NCBI GenBank assembly: GCA_013265495.1
Contig: MU058198.1
Span: forward strand, 4,405,579 to 4,466,038
Length of the DNA: 60,460 nt
DNA from: Vicugna vicugna
Lineage: Eukaryota
Direction: 5' to 3'
Shown here: one piece after another, positions 1 to 13,999 of the stretch
Position numbering within the stretch: position 1 is the stretch's first letter
Layout: each line of letters starts with the position of its first letter
Made by a program: the position numbers and the translations under genes
Notes under the pieces: model-generated
Database searches by the model: none
The model's input: only the letters and a program-made list of their open reading frames with translations
What the model was told of the DNA's origin: nothing

Positions 1-1504
1 CGTTAAACTTTTGGTGTTGTCCGTGGGTGTGAGAGGCCATCTCATTATGGTCTTAAACGGCACTTCCCTGCTGACGGATGTCGTTACGCACCCTTTGTGC
101 GCTCGTCGGCCATTCCTACGTCTTTTGTGAACCATCTGTTTAGGTCTTTTGCCCATTTTTGTTGCTGATGATGTTGTTGGTTTTGACTTGCTTGGAGTTT
201 TGTTTCATATTCTAGATAGGAATCCTTTGTCAGATAGATGCGTTGTAAATATACATACATGTATAGGAAAATGAAAATTTAAAATATTTACAATAGCATT
301 AAAACACCACCTGTCTAAATCCCAGTTGAAATCCTAACCATCTTTTTTGAAGAAATTCACAAATTGATTCTAAATTGTATATGAAAACACAAAGGATTCA
401 GACTAGCCAAAAAAAAAAAACCTTCAAAAGAAGAACAAAGTTGGAGAACTTAACACTACTTAATACTACTTAATTTTAAGACTCACCATAATCAAAAAAA
501 ATGTGGTTTTGGCGCGAAGGTAGAAAAAGAGATCAATGAAACGGAATAGAGTTCAGAAATAGGCCTACAACCGAAACTGTCAGCTGATTTTTCCCCAGAG
601 TGCCAAGTCAGTTAGTTCAACAGGGGAACGGAAAGCCTTAACCCATAGTTCTGAATCAACTACATATTCAGGTGGAACATTGACTTCATTCTGTACACAC
701 GTTCTAATTGGAGATGGATTGTAAGCCTAAATATAAAAGCTGGAACCGTAAAGCTTCTATATGAAAACATGGGCAACTATCTTGGCAGCCGTGGGGTAGG
801 TAAATATTTTATGTACAGAACAAAAAAAGCACTAACTACAAAGGAAAAATAGATACACTTAGAAAATGAACAGACAAGCCACATCCTGGGAGAAAATATT
901 TGGAATACGTGTTCTTAACTGTTTTGTTTTTTCCAGAAGTGTGTTAACATTATTCAGGTCCATGGATGGCATCCTGTTACTGTGTTCTGTGTTAATTATA
1001 TCAAATATGTATATATATTAAAAACTTAGATATGAGACGTTGTACCAAGGGGGCTGATTGGATTCTCCTACTTACTTCACTCTGTGAATGTTGGTTCCTT
1101 CTCTGTTTACACTTTGCCCACTGTTCAATGACTGCTTACGAGAGAGAAGAGGGAGAGAATTTGCACAGAATACAATGTTCAGTTTGATGAGGGTTGACAG
1201 TTGTGTATATCTGTGTACGACCACCAGAACAAAATAGAAAATATTTCTGAAACTCCAGAAGGTTCCCTCTGTCTCTTTCGAGTTAGTCTCCTTACCCCGA
1301 GCTAGCAACCATTTTCCGATTTCAGTTCCACAGGTTAGATTTGCTTTGATGCTTCAGATCATCCATCTGGCTTTACTATTTTGTATGTTATAAGGTAGCA
1401 GTTATAAGGTATCATCTTAGCACATATACATGGAATCATAGAGTCTGAATTCTTTTTGTGTCTTCTTTGACACATTCTTTGAGATTCATCCATGTTACAC
1501 ACAT

Positions 1505-2003
1505 TGTCAAAGATAGGCAAAGCCGAACACTGTAGTGGTAAGGTCAGATTTTCTGCAGCAATCACTGCTGCAATAGGGAAAAGAATCCAGCGTGAACTAA
1601 ACTCAACTCCAATTTGGGCAGAAGGCACTTTATAAGGAGAATGAGAGAAGAAGAAAGGTGGTGAGCAAGAGCTCAGTCAAATCAGTGAAAAATTACAGAA
1701 AATGGGAGACAGTGTGTTGGTCTAGATCTGGATTTGCCATCTGGATTTGCTAACTGGGTGACAGGGGCCCTGTCTTCAGGTGTTGGCTGGAACAAACAGT
1801 GACTTCTTTTGGCAGCCTTGAATTTTCTCAGGCAGGTACACTGAGGGGGCCTAGAGGCATCCTAGGGGAGTGGCTTTGAGCTGTTAAAAACTCTGTTAGT
1901 GTGTGTTCAGGTCTTTATATTACAGGCCCAGATTGAGGTCTAGTCGAGAAGAGGGCCCAGAGGAGCCTGGCTAGACGTTGGTTCAAGGAGAGAATCTTTG
2001 TTA
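1505..2003 (-). mobile_element. Probable solo LTR (ERV-type) inserted into an old L1 fragment
   Basis: About 500 bp of more GC-rich sequence starting tgtcaaagat and ending atctttgtta; interrupts antisense L1-like sequence. Family and strand tentative. Confidence 0.5.
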
Positions 2004-3200
2004 CTGTGAAATAGTTTACTGCTTTTTATTTTGTGTGAATACACTATGATTTGTTCATCCATTCACCTGAGGATGAACATTTGACTCGCATCCAGTTTTG
2101 GCCAGTGTGAATAGGGTGCAATGAACATTCTTATATAAGTCTGAAATTTCTCTTGGATAAATACCCAGGAGTGGAATGGCTTAGTCGTAGGGTGGGTATG
2201 TGTCAACTGCCAGACTAATTTCCAAAGTGGTTTATCAGTTTGCACTTTCCACCAGCAGTGCCTCCAACCTCCAGTTGCTCCATATTCCTCGTTAAACTTT
2301 TGGTGTTGTCCGTGGGTGTGAGAGGCCATCTCATTATGGTCTTAAACGGCACTTCCCTGCTGACGGATGTCGTTACGCACCCTTTGTGCGCTCGTCGGCC
2401 ATTCCTACGTCTTTTGTGAACCATCTGTTTAGGTCTTTTGCCCATTTTTGTTGCTGATGATGTTGTTGGTTTTGACTTGCTTGGAGTTTTGTTTCATATT
2501 CTAGATAGGAATCCTTTGTCAGATAGATGCGTTGTAAATATACATACATGTATAGGAAAATGAAAATTTAAAATATTTACAATAGCATTAAAACACCACC
2601 TGTCTAAATCCCAGTTGAAATCCTAACCATCTTTTTTGAAGAAATTCACAAATTGATTCTAAATTGTATATGAAAACACAAAGGATTCAGACTAGCCAAA
2701 AAAAAAAAACCTTCAAAAGAAGAACAAAGTTGGAGAACTTAACACTACTTAATACTACTTAATTTTAAGACTCACCATAATCAAAAAAAATGTGGTTTTG
2801 GCGCGAAGGTAGAAAAAGAGATCAATGAAACGGAATAGAGTTCAGAAATAGGCCTACAACCGAAACTGTCAGCTGATTTTTCCCCAGAGTGCCAAGTCAG
2901 TTAGTTCAACAGGGGAACGGAAAGCCTTAACCCATAGTTCTGAATCAACTACATATTCAGGTGGAACATTGACTTCATTCTGTACACACGTTCTAATTGG
3001 AGATGGATTGTAAGCCTAAATATAAAAGCTGGAACCGTAAAGCTTCTATATGAAAACATGGGCAACTATCTTGGCAGCCGTGGGGTAGGTAAATATTTTA
3101 TGTACAGAACAAAAAAAGCACTAACTACAAAGGAAAAATAGATACACTTAGAAAATGAACAGACAAGCCACATCCTGGGAGAAAATATTTGGAATACGTG
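2004..3200. mobile_element. Old L1 fragments (antisense to ~2540, then sense, ORF2-derived)
   Basis: L1-typical phrases (ggataaatacccaggagtggaatggct; aagaacaaagttggagaactt; gatcaatgaaacggaatagag). Confidence 0.7.
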
Positions 3201-5294
3201 TTCTTAACTGTTTTGTTTTTTCCAGAAGTGTGTTAACATTATTCAGGTCCATGGATGGCATCCTGTTACTGTGTTCTGTGTTAATTATATCAAATATGTA
3301 TATATATTAAAAACTTAGATATGAGACGTTGTACCAAGGGGGCTGATTGGATTCTCCTACTTACTTCACTCTGTGAATGTTGGTTCCTTCTCTGTTTACA
3401 CTTTGCCCACTGTTCAATGACTGCTTACGAGAGAGAAGGCAGATTGTAGATCATATTACGCCTTGTAAAGTAATTAGACATTAGATGAAACCAAAAGGCA
3501 ATACTAGTAAGTCTCCTGTGGGAGGAAACCAGCCTCTGGGGCTTCTTCATTATTCAGGCCCAGCTTTGTAGGTGATTCAGTACTTAAAGTCTTGCGGATC
3601 TACTTAAGGAAAGCCACAAGAGGCTTCCCAGAATTCCCAAGAAGCGAACAAATCCAAACTCTGTTTAGGTACAGAGTTTATTGCCCGTAAGACCTTGTTT
3701 TCTGTCTCCCACTTATAAACCAAGAATAAAACCGACAGAAAATAAAAACCGAAAAAATAAAACTAAAAGATATAAAAGAACAATACAAATTAAAAATTGA
3801 GGTAAAGCGGTATCTTAAAGACTACAAAGCAGTATGCAGTTAAAATTACAAATTTGAAAATGAATGCTGAGAATATTCAGTTGATTTTTGCAATTGATGT
3901 TTATGAATATACATATATACACATAACGTGAGCATCCGTAAGCAGCTAAGCAGTACCTATGCACAGACACACAGAAACACACGGATACCATTTAAGCCCC
4001 TGAAGTGTTGGGGGAGGGGTGTAAATCCAAGTGGGTAAGTAGGCTTGTAAAGCAGTGAAGTTAGTTTCCCTCAAGGTCCCACAGCTTGGGGAAACCACCC
4101 TAGGGTTGTTACGAGGGCCTCATGTGTTCCTGTTTGTCAAGCATTTGGAATAATGCCTGGCATGCAGACAGCACTCACTCAGTGAGTGTCCTTGAGAAGT
4201 GAAATAAACCAGCCCCAGCCTAGATCCTCATACTCTGGGAGAGCAGGGAGGGCCCCTCCCCATTCCCTGAATCCTCAGATCACGAAATGCCTGTTGGAGG
4301 GCGGTTCCCTACCTTACATGAATTTCCCATTGTTGGAGTGGACACTTGTGCCAATAGGACAGAATCGGTCAGTGTTTCTTTAATGAATAGGTGGTTGGAC
4401 CAGGCCCATGTTTCCCATGGGAGGAATGCGAGATGGTTTGAGGCGGGCACAGATAGATGTTTCAAATTTTAATAGTTAGGTATTTATTGCAGTGTGTGTT
4501 AGTAGAAAATATTAGGTAGCACATCGACCTGAGTCCTAAGAAAATTGATTTGATTTAAGGATGTATTAACATTGAACAAGTGAGTGTCATGAACGTTTTC
4601 AAAGCAGTGGTGGATTGAATGTAAATGGAGTGAATCCTTAAGGTCTTTCCAAAGCTGAGATTTTTGGCTCTGTGATTCTGGAAGCGAAACATGAAATCAG
4701 AATATTCCAATGGAAGGGGTGTTCTCTGGGTGTCGGGAGCAGAAGACGATCAGGGAAATGGACGATGGCAGGACTAAGGTGCACAGTATCGTGGTGCAGA
4801 GATCATTGCTATTAATGTTATGCTGTCTGTTCTGGGCACTCTATTGATATATATACATTCATTCTAACAAAATTGAGAGCATCCTGTCCATATAATCTTG
4901 TCGCCTGCTTTCTTGACCTGACACTGTAACTCCAGGTTCTACATTCTTGGGAAAAAAATCTTTGTGTTCATTCTTGGGTTTTTTCCCTAAGGATAAAAAT
5001 CCCAGAAGTGGGGCTGCATGGTCATCGTGTCTGCACGTTATTCTGGCTTTTTATACCTGTTGCCACAGTGCCTGGCCTCACGACCAGGCCAGTTCCAGCA
5101 CCCTCGGCCTGAGTCCTCTCCAGAGCCGGGTTCTATTAAAAAGATAGTTTTATCACTGATTTGATGGGAGAAATATTGCTCTGTTTTTGCTTTCGTTTTC
5201 ATTCTGCCTTTTTAGAAAATTATTTCTTTGATCGTTGATAAGGCTGGGCTTTTTGTATGTTCATTGGGTTGGTCAGTTTCTTTTGTGAATTTTC

Positions 5295-6165
5295 CTTTTT
5301 TTAGTGACGTTTAGTTGATTTACAGTGTTGTACAAAAAAGTGGTTCAGTTATACGTATACATGTGTATCTTCCTTTTCAGATTCTTTTCCATTATGGGTT
5401 ATTACAAGATATTGAATATAGTTCCCTGTGCTGTACAGTACATCCTTGTTTATCTATTTTATGTATACTAATGTGTATATGTTAATCCCGAACTCCTAAC
5501 TTATCCCTCTTCCCCACCCCTTTGTGCTTTTTAACCATAGTTTTCTGTTTCTCTTAGTCTATTTCTGGTTTGTAAATAAGTTCATTTGTATTTTTTTAAA
5601 GATTCCATATGTAAGTGATACCATATAATGTTTTTCTCTAACTTACTTAGTATGATAATCTCTGATTCCGTCCACCTTGCTGCAGATGGCATTATTTCAT
5701 TCTTTTTAAGACTGAGTAATAATCTGTTGTGTGTGTATGTATATATATGTATACATACACACACATCTTCTTTATCCATTCATCTGTTGCTGGACATTTA
5801 GGTTGCTTCCATGTTTTGGCTATTGTATTTAGTGCTATGGACTTTGGGGCACATTTATCTTTTCCAGTTAAAATTTTCTCTGGATATATGCCCAGGAGTG
5901 GGATTGCTGGATCATATAACTCTACTTTTATGTTTTTAAGGAAGTTTATTGTTCTCCATAGTGGCTGCACTAACTTACATTCCCACCACAACAATGTAGG
6001 AGGGTCCCTTTTCCTCCACAACCTCTCCAGCATTTATTATTTGTAGGCATTTTAATGGTGGCCATCCTGACTGGTGTGAGGTGATGCCTCATTGTAGTTT
6101 TGGTTGCATTTCTCCGGTAATTAGTGATGTTGAGCATCTTTTCATGTGCCTGTTGTCCATCTGTA
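5295..6165 (-). mobile_element. L1 3' fragment (ORF2 C-terminus + 3' UTR)
   Basis: ORFs 5692..6033 and 5970..6194 translate to L1 ORF2 C-terminal motifs ([33 protein letters not shown]). Confidence 0.92.
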
Positions 6166-6297
6166 GTGAATTTTCCATTTTTGTCCTTTGTCATTCTTTT
6201 TCTTCTGAGATATTAGTTTTTTTCCTTAATCTTTTTCCTAGGTTAGTATTTGCCTTTTATGTTGTTTGTGAAATCCAAACATTCTTGTTATGAAGGC

Positions 6298-6950
6298 AGT
6301 ACCGTTTGAGCCATTCTGTGGCATGCACATTCTTACACTTTAACTTCTCTGAAAGCAGATGTGACCTACTCTTGACGTGTCCCACAGTCACTGTCCAGTC
6401 GTATTAGAGGTGTCATTACCAGTGGACGTGGCGGTTATTCCTAGTGGTGTGGCTGGACGACTGTGACCACAGCACCTGGTGCTTTAGTCCATACATCATT
6501 TAAGGACCATTCGAAGAAAGAGCACAAATCCTGTTGTGGTTGGAAATCACCCAATGATACCTTCTGATGAGATCAGGAAAGAGCCAGAATCAAAACTTCC
6601 AGAGCGAGGGTCAGCTGCTTGGAAGAAAGTCTCAGAGAGGTTGGTGGAGACCTCTTACGAAGTGCATGTTCGCCAGCACTCTCAGCGGCACGAAGATCGT
6701 TATTGTGTGGAAAGTCACAGACATCCTGCAAACGAAGACTTAGCCAACTTATTTCACTCATCTTTTCCTTTTTATGTCTGTAGGAGAGAGCTGATGACAC
6801 CCTGTCCAAATAAAGGAGCTTTGTCAATAACCCCCAAATTAAAATTCTGAGCAATAAGAAAAACACTAAGTTAACTAATTGGCAGTGGGTTTTAATTTCT
6901 TTTTTAAATCTTATAATTGATGGTATTTTAGATGTAATGAAATATAGGTA
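6298..6950. mobile_element. Ancient Tc2-like DNA transposon relic (Kanga/MER104-like)
   Basis: Degenerate inverted ends (taccgttt... / ...tgaaatataggta) and cactttaacttctctgaaa motif. Confidence 0.5.
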
Positions 6951-7228
6951 ATGTTTCTTTTCTGCCCAGCTCATCTTCAGTTGGTGGCTTGTAAATTCTG
7001 AATCATGGCATTCATCTCCCCTCAGAACTCCCAGCAGCAGTGCCCCGCCGCACCCTCTTCCTTCCCCTTCCCAATGGTGTGTTGTCCAGCTTTTTGTCTT
7101 GGCCACTCTCACAGGCAAATCAGTAAGGTCCTTTTTCCTCGGAGGCATAGAAACCACTGACAGGCATCTAGACTGAAGGACCGGAAACAGACACATGTTG
7201 GAAACATTAGGAAGTTTCATAGGAACTA

Positions 7229-7985
7229 GTGACCGGGGGTACTTGTGTCTGTGCATCTCCCCAAGTGATCGTGGTACTTGTGTTATGTCCATGCGTCTTG
7301 CCAGGTGATCAGGGTACTAGTTTTATGTCTGTGTATCTCCCCAGGTGACTGGGGTACTTGTGTTATGTCATGCATCTCCCCAGGTGACTGGGGTACTTGT
7401 GTTATGTCCGTGCATCTCCCCCAAGTGATCAGGATGCTTGTGCTATGTCCGTGCACCTCCCCAGGTGACTGGGGTACTTGTGCTATGTCCGTGCACCTCC
7501 CCAGGTGACCGGGGTACTTGTGTTATGTCTGTGCATCTCCCCAGGTGACTGGGATACTTGTGTTATGTCTGTGCATCTCCCCAGGTGATCGGGGTACTTG
7601 TGTTATGTCCGTGCATCTCCCCAGGTGACTGGGGTACTTATGCTATGTCCGTGCACCTCCCCAGGTGATCGGGGTACTTATGCTATGTCCGTGCTTCTCC
7701 CCCAAGTGATCGGGGTACTTGTGTTATGTCCGTGCATCTCCCCAGGTGACCGGGGTACTAATGCTATGTCCGTGTACCTCCCCAGGTGATCGGGGTACTT
7801 GTGTTATGTCCATTCATCTCCCCCAGGTGATCGGGGTACTTGTGTTATGTCCGTGCATCTCCCCAGGTGACCGGGGTACTTATGCTATGTCCGTGCACCT
7901 CCCCAGGTGATCGGGGTACTTGTGTTATGTCCGTGCATCTCCCCCAGGTGATCGGGGTACTTGTGTTATGTCCGTGCACCTCCCC
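7229..7985. repeat. Minisatellite, ~40-bp unit CCCCAGGTGAYYGGGGTACTTRTGYTATGTCYGTGCAYCT, about 19 copies visible
   Basis: Direct reading; also gives the repetitive ORFs at 7278..8199; cut off by the N gap. Confidence 0.97.
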
Positions 7986-8040
7986 NNNNNNNNNNNNNNN
8001 NNNNNNNNNNNNNNNNNNNNNNNNNNNNNNNNNNNNNNNN
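7986..8040. other. Assembly gap (55 N)
   Basis: Run of N. Confidence 1.
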
Positions 8041-8089
8041 GTTTGCTTCTCTCTCCAACCTCCTCTCCAGTTTCTCCTGTTTTCTTACT

Positions 8090-8415
8090 CCTCTCCAGCA
8101 CACCCCCCGCCCCCAACCTACTTCCTGCTTCTGAAACACTCCACGTCCATTCCCACCCTCTGCTGCTCCTCCTGTCTGGAATGCCTTTTGCACAACTGAC
8201 TTCTTCCAGTTCGCTTGGACTCAGCTCAGCCATTCTTGTTTCAGAGAGGTCTTCCCTTTCCTACTTCCCTAAAGTAGGTCCTTCCATCCTCCGTATGATT
8301 ATCTCCCTCATTCGTCATAATCTCTCTTTATCTTTGCCTCTGTCCCCCCTCTGTTTTGTACCCCCAATGCCTGGCACTTAGCAGACACTCGATAAATTTT
8401 GCTTGACTGAATCAA
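8090..8415 (+). mobile_element. L2 3' end fragment
   Basis: Ends with tgcctggcacttagcagacactcgataaattttgcttgactgaat, the L2 3' terminus. Confidence 0.65.
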
Positions 8416-9441
8416 TAGTATTAAATCCACCGATAATGCAGGGTTGGGAGGAATAGAAACTGCTCCTTGTTACCCACGACGGCAGTAATAAATCCGACAA
8501 GGAACACTTGGAGGCAAATTGATCAGCTCTTCAGCAGTTCGAGTGTCTTAGCAGTGGGGCGAGTGCCTTCTTGTGGGGAGTAGTCACAGTGGCTCCATAT
8601 TGTTGAAAGGCTTCTTCCACTGGATGTTGGGGTTGACTAAGGTCTCTTCCAACCCTTAAACTGATGAGTGTTCTCATCACTAGTCTACCCTCTTGTTTTT
8701 TTTCTCGTCAGCTACTTCAGCTGCAGATATGGCCGTTACCACTAGATGGCGCGAGATGATCCCTTTGGAATCAGCGTTCATCCAGCTGCCAGGGACAGTG
8801 AGAACACTGGTTTTCGCCCTACTTATACCCCCACAGACGCTTGAAGCAAAAGCTTCACAAAACAGTCCTGACTCTTACAGTGTGGAATGCTGCTGCTGTT
8901 TTCTGTTTTACTCTCAGCTACTTCATTTTCTAAAGTGGAGATTTGCAAACTATTCCGTTGATTTTATGATATTGATGGCTCACAACTTACTGTTGGAAAA
9001 GCACTATTTTAGACAGCTGCACACGTTTCCTCTTTTTTATTAAGTATAGTCGGTTTATAATGTTGTGTTAATTTCTTGTGTACTACATGGTGATTCAGTT
9101 ATACACGCGTATCTATTCCTTTTCATATTCTTTGGCATTATATGCTATTACAGGATATTGAATATAGTTCCCTTGAGCTCGTTTCCTCTTGTAAAACTGT
9201 GTAGGTATGCTGTTTTCCTTGGGCAGTCTGGGCTTATAGCAAATTGTGTCCCTTAGTGAGGACTTGTGTGTTTCTGTGTGGAGTTGAGTAGCTGAACGTA
9301 TATGCTTCCTTATAGGTGTTTACAGATGTGCAAACCTGGATGCAAGAGACTAGGGGGACGTATTTGTACAGAATTCAGCACCTTTTGCAGTCAAGGCAGC
9401 AGTAAGCCTCGTCGATAGATATAAAGAATAGGAAAGATGTA

Positions 9442-9574
9442 GAGGGAGGTTATAGCTCAGTGGTGGAGGGCGTGCTTAGCATGCACAAGGTCCTGGGTTC
9501 AATCCCCATAACCTCCGTTAAAAACAAACAAACAAACAAACCTAATCCCCTCCCCCAATATAATAGAAAGAGAA
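9442..9574 (+). mobile_element. tRNA-Ala-derived SINE (vic-1-like)
   Basis: A/B boxes (tagctcagtgg, ggttcaatccc), A-rich tail, TSD aaagaa(t/a)aggaaagatgta on both sides. Confidence 0.9.
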
Positions 9575-10474
9575 AAAGAAAAGGAAAGATGTAATATCTG
9601 CTTCTGGGAGCTTAGAACCTAGCAGGGTGACCCCCCCCACACACACACACACATCCCTTAAGTTTCAGCTTATCACACAATATGGCGATGGGTGTATTAT
9701 TCAGGCTATCACTTGGGATCCTTTAGGCTGCAAATAACAGAAGCCTGACTCAACTGGGCTTAAGTGGTAAGGACGTTTGTTCTCTCCTGAATATCCATGG
9801 AGAGGCAGAGGGGCTGCAGGCCCATGGCAGGGTGGCATGGCCCTAGGCATCCAGGTTCTTTCCATGACTGCTCAGTGGTCCTAAGGCTGAGGTTGCCAGG
9901 GGGCTTCCAGTGGTCATCAGAACTTCAGCTCCCAGGCTTAGGACATTAACACTGTAACTCCTTGTAGTGTGGACAGGGGTAGACTTTAGGCCACCGTAGC
10001 ACTTTCCAGGTTGTAGCTGTTTTGTTCATTGGTTCCTGGCTTCCCCACTATGACCTCCTTAAGGGATGTGAAATGACTGGTACTTAATATAGAGCCAGAA
10101 GAAAGACTTAGTGATGCTTAGTGATGGTTGTTAGTGATGCTGGCCAACTATTTCTGGGTCTCGCTTCCCCTGGACGCAAAACTTTTGATTGAGCAGAGTT
10201 ATCCAGCTAGCTCTGGCCAGTGAGTTTGCTGAATGAATACATGGTTCCAGGTCTTCTTTATGAAGTACAAGGTGAGGTTATCTGCTGTCTAGGGTCCTGG
10301 GAGAGGAGTTAGTGATAGGAGAAAAGAGAGAGGTAAGAAATGACCATGGTGGGGAAATGTGATCAGCAGTATATGTGACTATAAAGACGGACGGATGAGT
10401 CTGTTTAATCTTGTGCTGGAATGTGACATGTAAGTTGGCCTTTTGAGGTAGATTAATTTCCTCTGGCTCCTTGA

Positions 10475-10648
<174 letters not shown>

Positions 10649-12049
10649 TGACCAACTCCCTCCCCAACATGTCCTCGTCAGCTGAGGGGCCTGAGGTTTT
10701 AGGAACACATTCTTAGAAAGAGAGTTTCAGCGTGTACTCTCTCCGACAGAGAGAGTCCTTATTTCCCAGCTTCCTCACCAGCACAGTGTATTATGAAATT
10801 TTTAATTTTTGTTAATCTGATACCTGAAAAATGGTGTTTTAGCGGAATTTAATTTTATATTCCTCTTATTTTGGGGTGAGGTTGAAAAATCACTTTTCTG
10901 TTTTTAAAAGCCATTTATATATCTTTTACTGTTAACTGTAAGGCATTATTTTTTGTTGTTGTTGCCTTACTAAAGGGTTCGTAACTTTAGTTTCTGCACG
11001 TAATTTCCATCAAGGAAGTCAAAGGATTTGAGACAGGAGTGTGACTTCATTTCAGACTAAGAAATTGACCAAAGACCATAATTCCTGTGTGTGCAGGGAA
11101 TCTTGACCCTAAAGATGAATCCTGTGGGTAGATTTTATAAGAAATGCAAAGAAAGTTTGAATGGTGCTTCCTGAGAAGAAGGGAAGAGGCCTTAAGCCCC
11201 CTTCCTGTGCTCTTGAGATAGATTTCCTAATGAGCGGTCCAGAGGCAGGGACCTGCCATGGCGGCTGGCTCGGCCCCGGGCAGCATGGCAGCCCCCCTCC
11301 TCCTTCTTCTCCTGGGTTTGTATCTCTGGATTGGGAACCTGCAGCCCTGAAGGAGCGCACATCCCAAACATTTGTGGTGGGGACATATTTTCCCCCTCAC
11401 ATCTAATCCATTGTGGATGATATTCTGTAAATCATAAAATCCCTGTGTCTAGTTGCAATAAAAGTTTCTAAGTATTCCTCTCAAATTTTGTTCTTGAAAT
11501 AGTCACACCTTGAGCAGTGGGCCTTAGTAACAGACAGACTGTCTTCCTGTCTCCCTTCTGCATTTCCCATCTCCTTCGCGCCAGGTCCCCACCCCAGAGC
11601 TTAACAAGTCTGTTTATTAGGACCATTTGCTGGTGCCTCCCCGCCTCCCATCTGCGGTGCCATTTTATAAACACAGAGGCTCTAACCCAGAAAGGGTGCA
11701 GGTGAAAAGAGCATGGTAAGAAGTATGGCTTTCTTTGCTTTAACATCCATCTGCCCAATTTCCTGAGCGCAAAATGTTACTTTCCATGCGATCTCACAGT
11801 TTTGAGTTTTACCAGAGAACTGAGTAGTTTTCGCGAGAGCCATGATAAAGCCCGTTTTCAAGAAGAACATTTAGATCAGATGTTTTGATACAAAATGCTT
11901 GTCTTTCATAAGGAACAGAATAGGGCATTTTATTTTTCCTAAGACAATGAATTCCACCATTAAATTGATTGTACATACTTTGGTTCAAACAGCCTTTTTT
12001 AAAAAAAAAATAAGGGAAGAGAATTGGAAAGCCATTTTTTCCCCCGTAA

Positions 12050-12304
<255 letters not shown>

Positions 12305-13285
12305 TAAAATTTCCCCTCTTCTGTCTCCAGCTGTTTACATTTAATTTTTGGAAGATGTTCACCTGGTTCAAAAACTGAAAAAAATATACTCAAAGAGGGT
12401 GCGGTGACAGCTTGTCTCCCACCCCTGTCTGCGGCCTCCCACCCCCGACAGTGACATCAGCCCCGTACTTGATCTCACCAGGGCGCTAGTGAAGACAGGA
12501 GGGCTGTTTCTCACCTTCAGCTACTACGCGCTGGGTCGTAATGAAAATCCTCACATGCGTTTCCCTCTGCGTGTGTGGAAACGTATCAGGAGAGGTTCTG
12601 AGCTTGAGCTCTTATAGAGGCACACACACGATGCGTGCTAAGGGCAGGTATTCTGAGTGTCATGCAGGCATTTCGTTACTATCCTCACAGCCCTGTGAGG
12701 TGTTATCATTTTCTCTACTTCTCAAATGAGGAAACAAAGGAGTCTAGTGACTTTCCTAAGGCCTCAGCAAACACACGATGGAGCTGGTTTGTGAATCCTG
12801 TCCCCCGGGCTCCCGAGTGCCTGCTCTGTACCATCCACTGTCACAGACGACAGTCGATGTATCACGAAATAACACTTAACCCCACTCCATGTGATGCTTT
12901 CTGATATTTGCTATTTTATTTTCTTTTATCCCCAAACTGCTGGTCTCAACCCATAAGACTGATTGCTTGACCTCCTCTAATGGGTCTCAAGCTGTTTTTT
13001 GTTTTTTGTTTTTTTTTGAGAAATACTGTTATGTCCTGCTTCTAAGCTGCCTCTTAACATCCCCGTGGCTACTCTCCCGATTCAGGCTCCCCATCACATC
13101 TTACCTGGTCGACTACAGTAACCTCCTTCAATCCTCTGCCAAGACCAGAGTAATTTGGAAAGCACGTTTCTGACCTTATCATTCCCCTGATTTAAAATCC
13201 TGAAGTACCCCCACTGCATTGCATGGCCTAGTACTTGGTACCTGAAGACGATCGCTGGTTGTATGAGTAATAAATAATTATATAA

Positions 13286-13387
<102 letters not shown>

Positions 13388-13634
13388 TAAGTGTGGCTTT
13401 GACCGGAACAAAGAGCCTGCTGGAATTTAGAACCAGCTCTGAGGCCTCATTTTCAGGCACTGCTTTCCTTTCCTCCCCTCCTCTCTCTCTTTCTTGCCCC
13501 AGGATCCTCATTCCAATGTATCGTGTAGTCTTCACCATGAATTATCCTCTCCCTTGTGACTCTTCTATCCATTAATATAATTTCTCTGCACGTTTTTAAA
13601 AGTGACCTATAGTAGTTTAATAATCTGAATTTTT

Positions 13635-13770
13635 TTTTAACTTATTTCTATTTTTGGTGGGGGGAGATAATTATATATATTTTTTTGTTTTTATGGCGGT
13701 ACTGGGGATTGAACCCAGGACCTTGTGCACGTTAGGCATGCTGCTCTGCCACTGAGCTATCCCTTCCCCC
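13635..13770 (-). mobile_element. tRNA-Ala-derived SINE (vic-1-like)
   Basis: Reverse-complement tRNA head; flanking repeat taatctgaattttt. Confidence 0.88.
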
Positions 13771-13999
13771 TCTATTAATCTGAATTTTTATGTGTATTTT
13801 GCTTCTTTAACCCCAGAATACAGAAAGGTGCCTGGCCCAGAATAGACGTGTAGTAAATATTTTTCGAATGCAAGAATGAATGGGAGACTGAAGTTAATCG
13901 GTTATTATGTACGAGATATTCAGGGGGCTTTTCTAAGTCCATTGTTCAAGGAGTTTGCTTAGTTGTAAGTTACGAGTTTGCTGATCTTTGCTGAGAGCT

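Larger units (their letters stand above)
1..3438. repeat. Direct duplication, period 2289 bp: 1..1149 equals 2290..3438
   Basis: No differences seen by eye, including the A12 run; copies diverge after ...ttacgagagagaag. Confidence 0.95.

Noticed and set aside
5692..6194. ORFs resembling L1 ORF2
   Set aside because: Frameshifted, truncated relic rather than a functional gene.
6573..7292. Longest ORF (239 aa, - strand)
   Set aside because: Starts in the minisatellite and runs through a decayed transposon; no recognisable domain.
7229..7985. CRISPR-like array of palindromic repeats
   Set aside because: Units are head-to-tail with no unique spacers, there are no cas genes, and the context is mammalian; it is a minisatellite.
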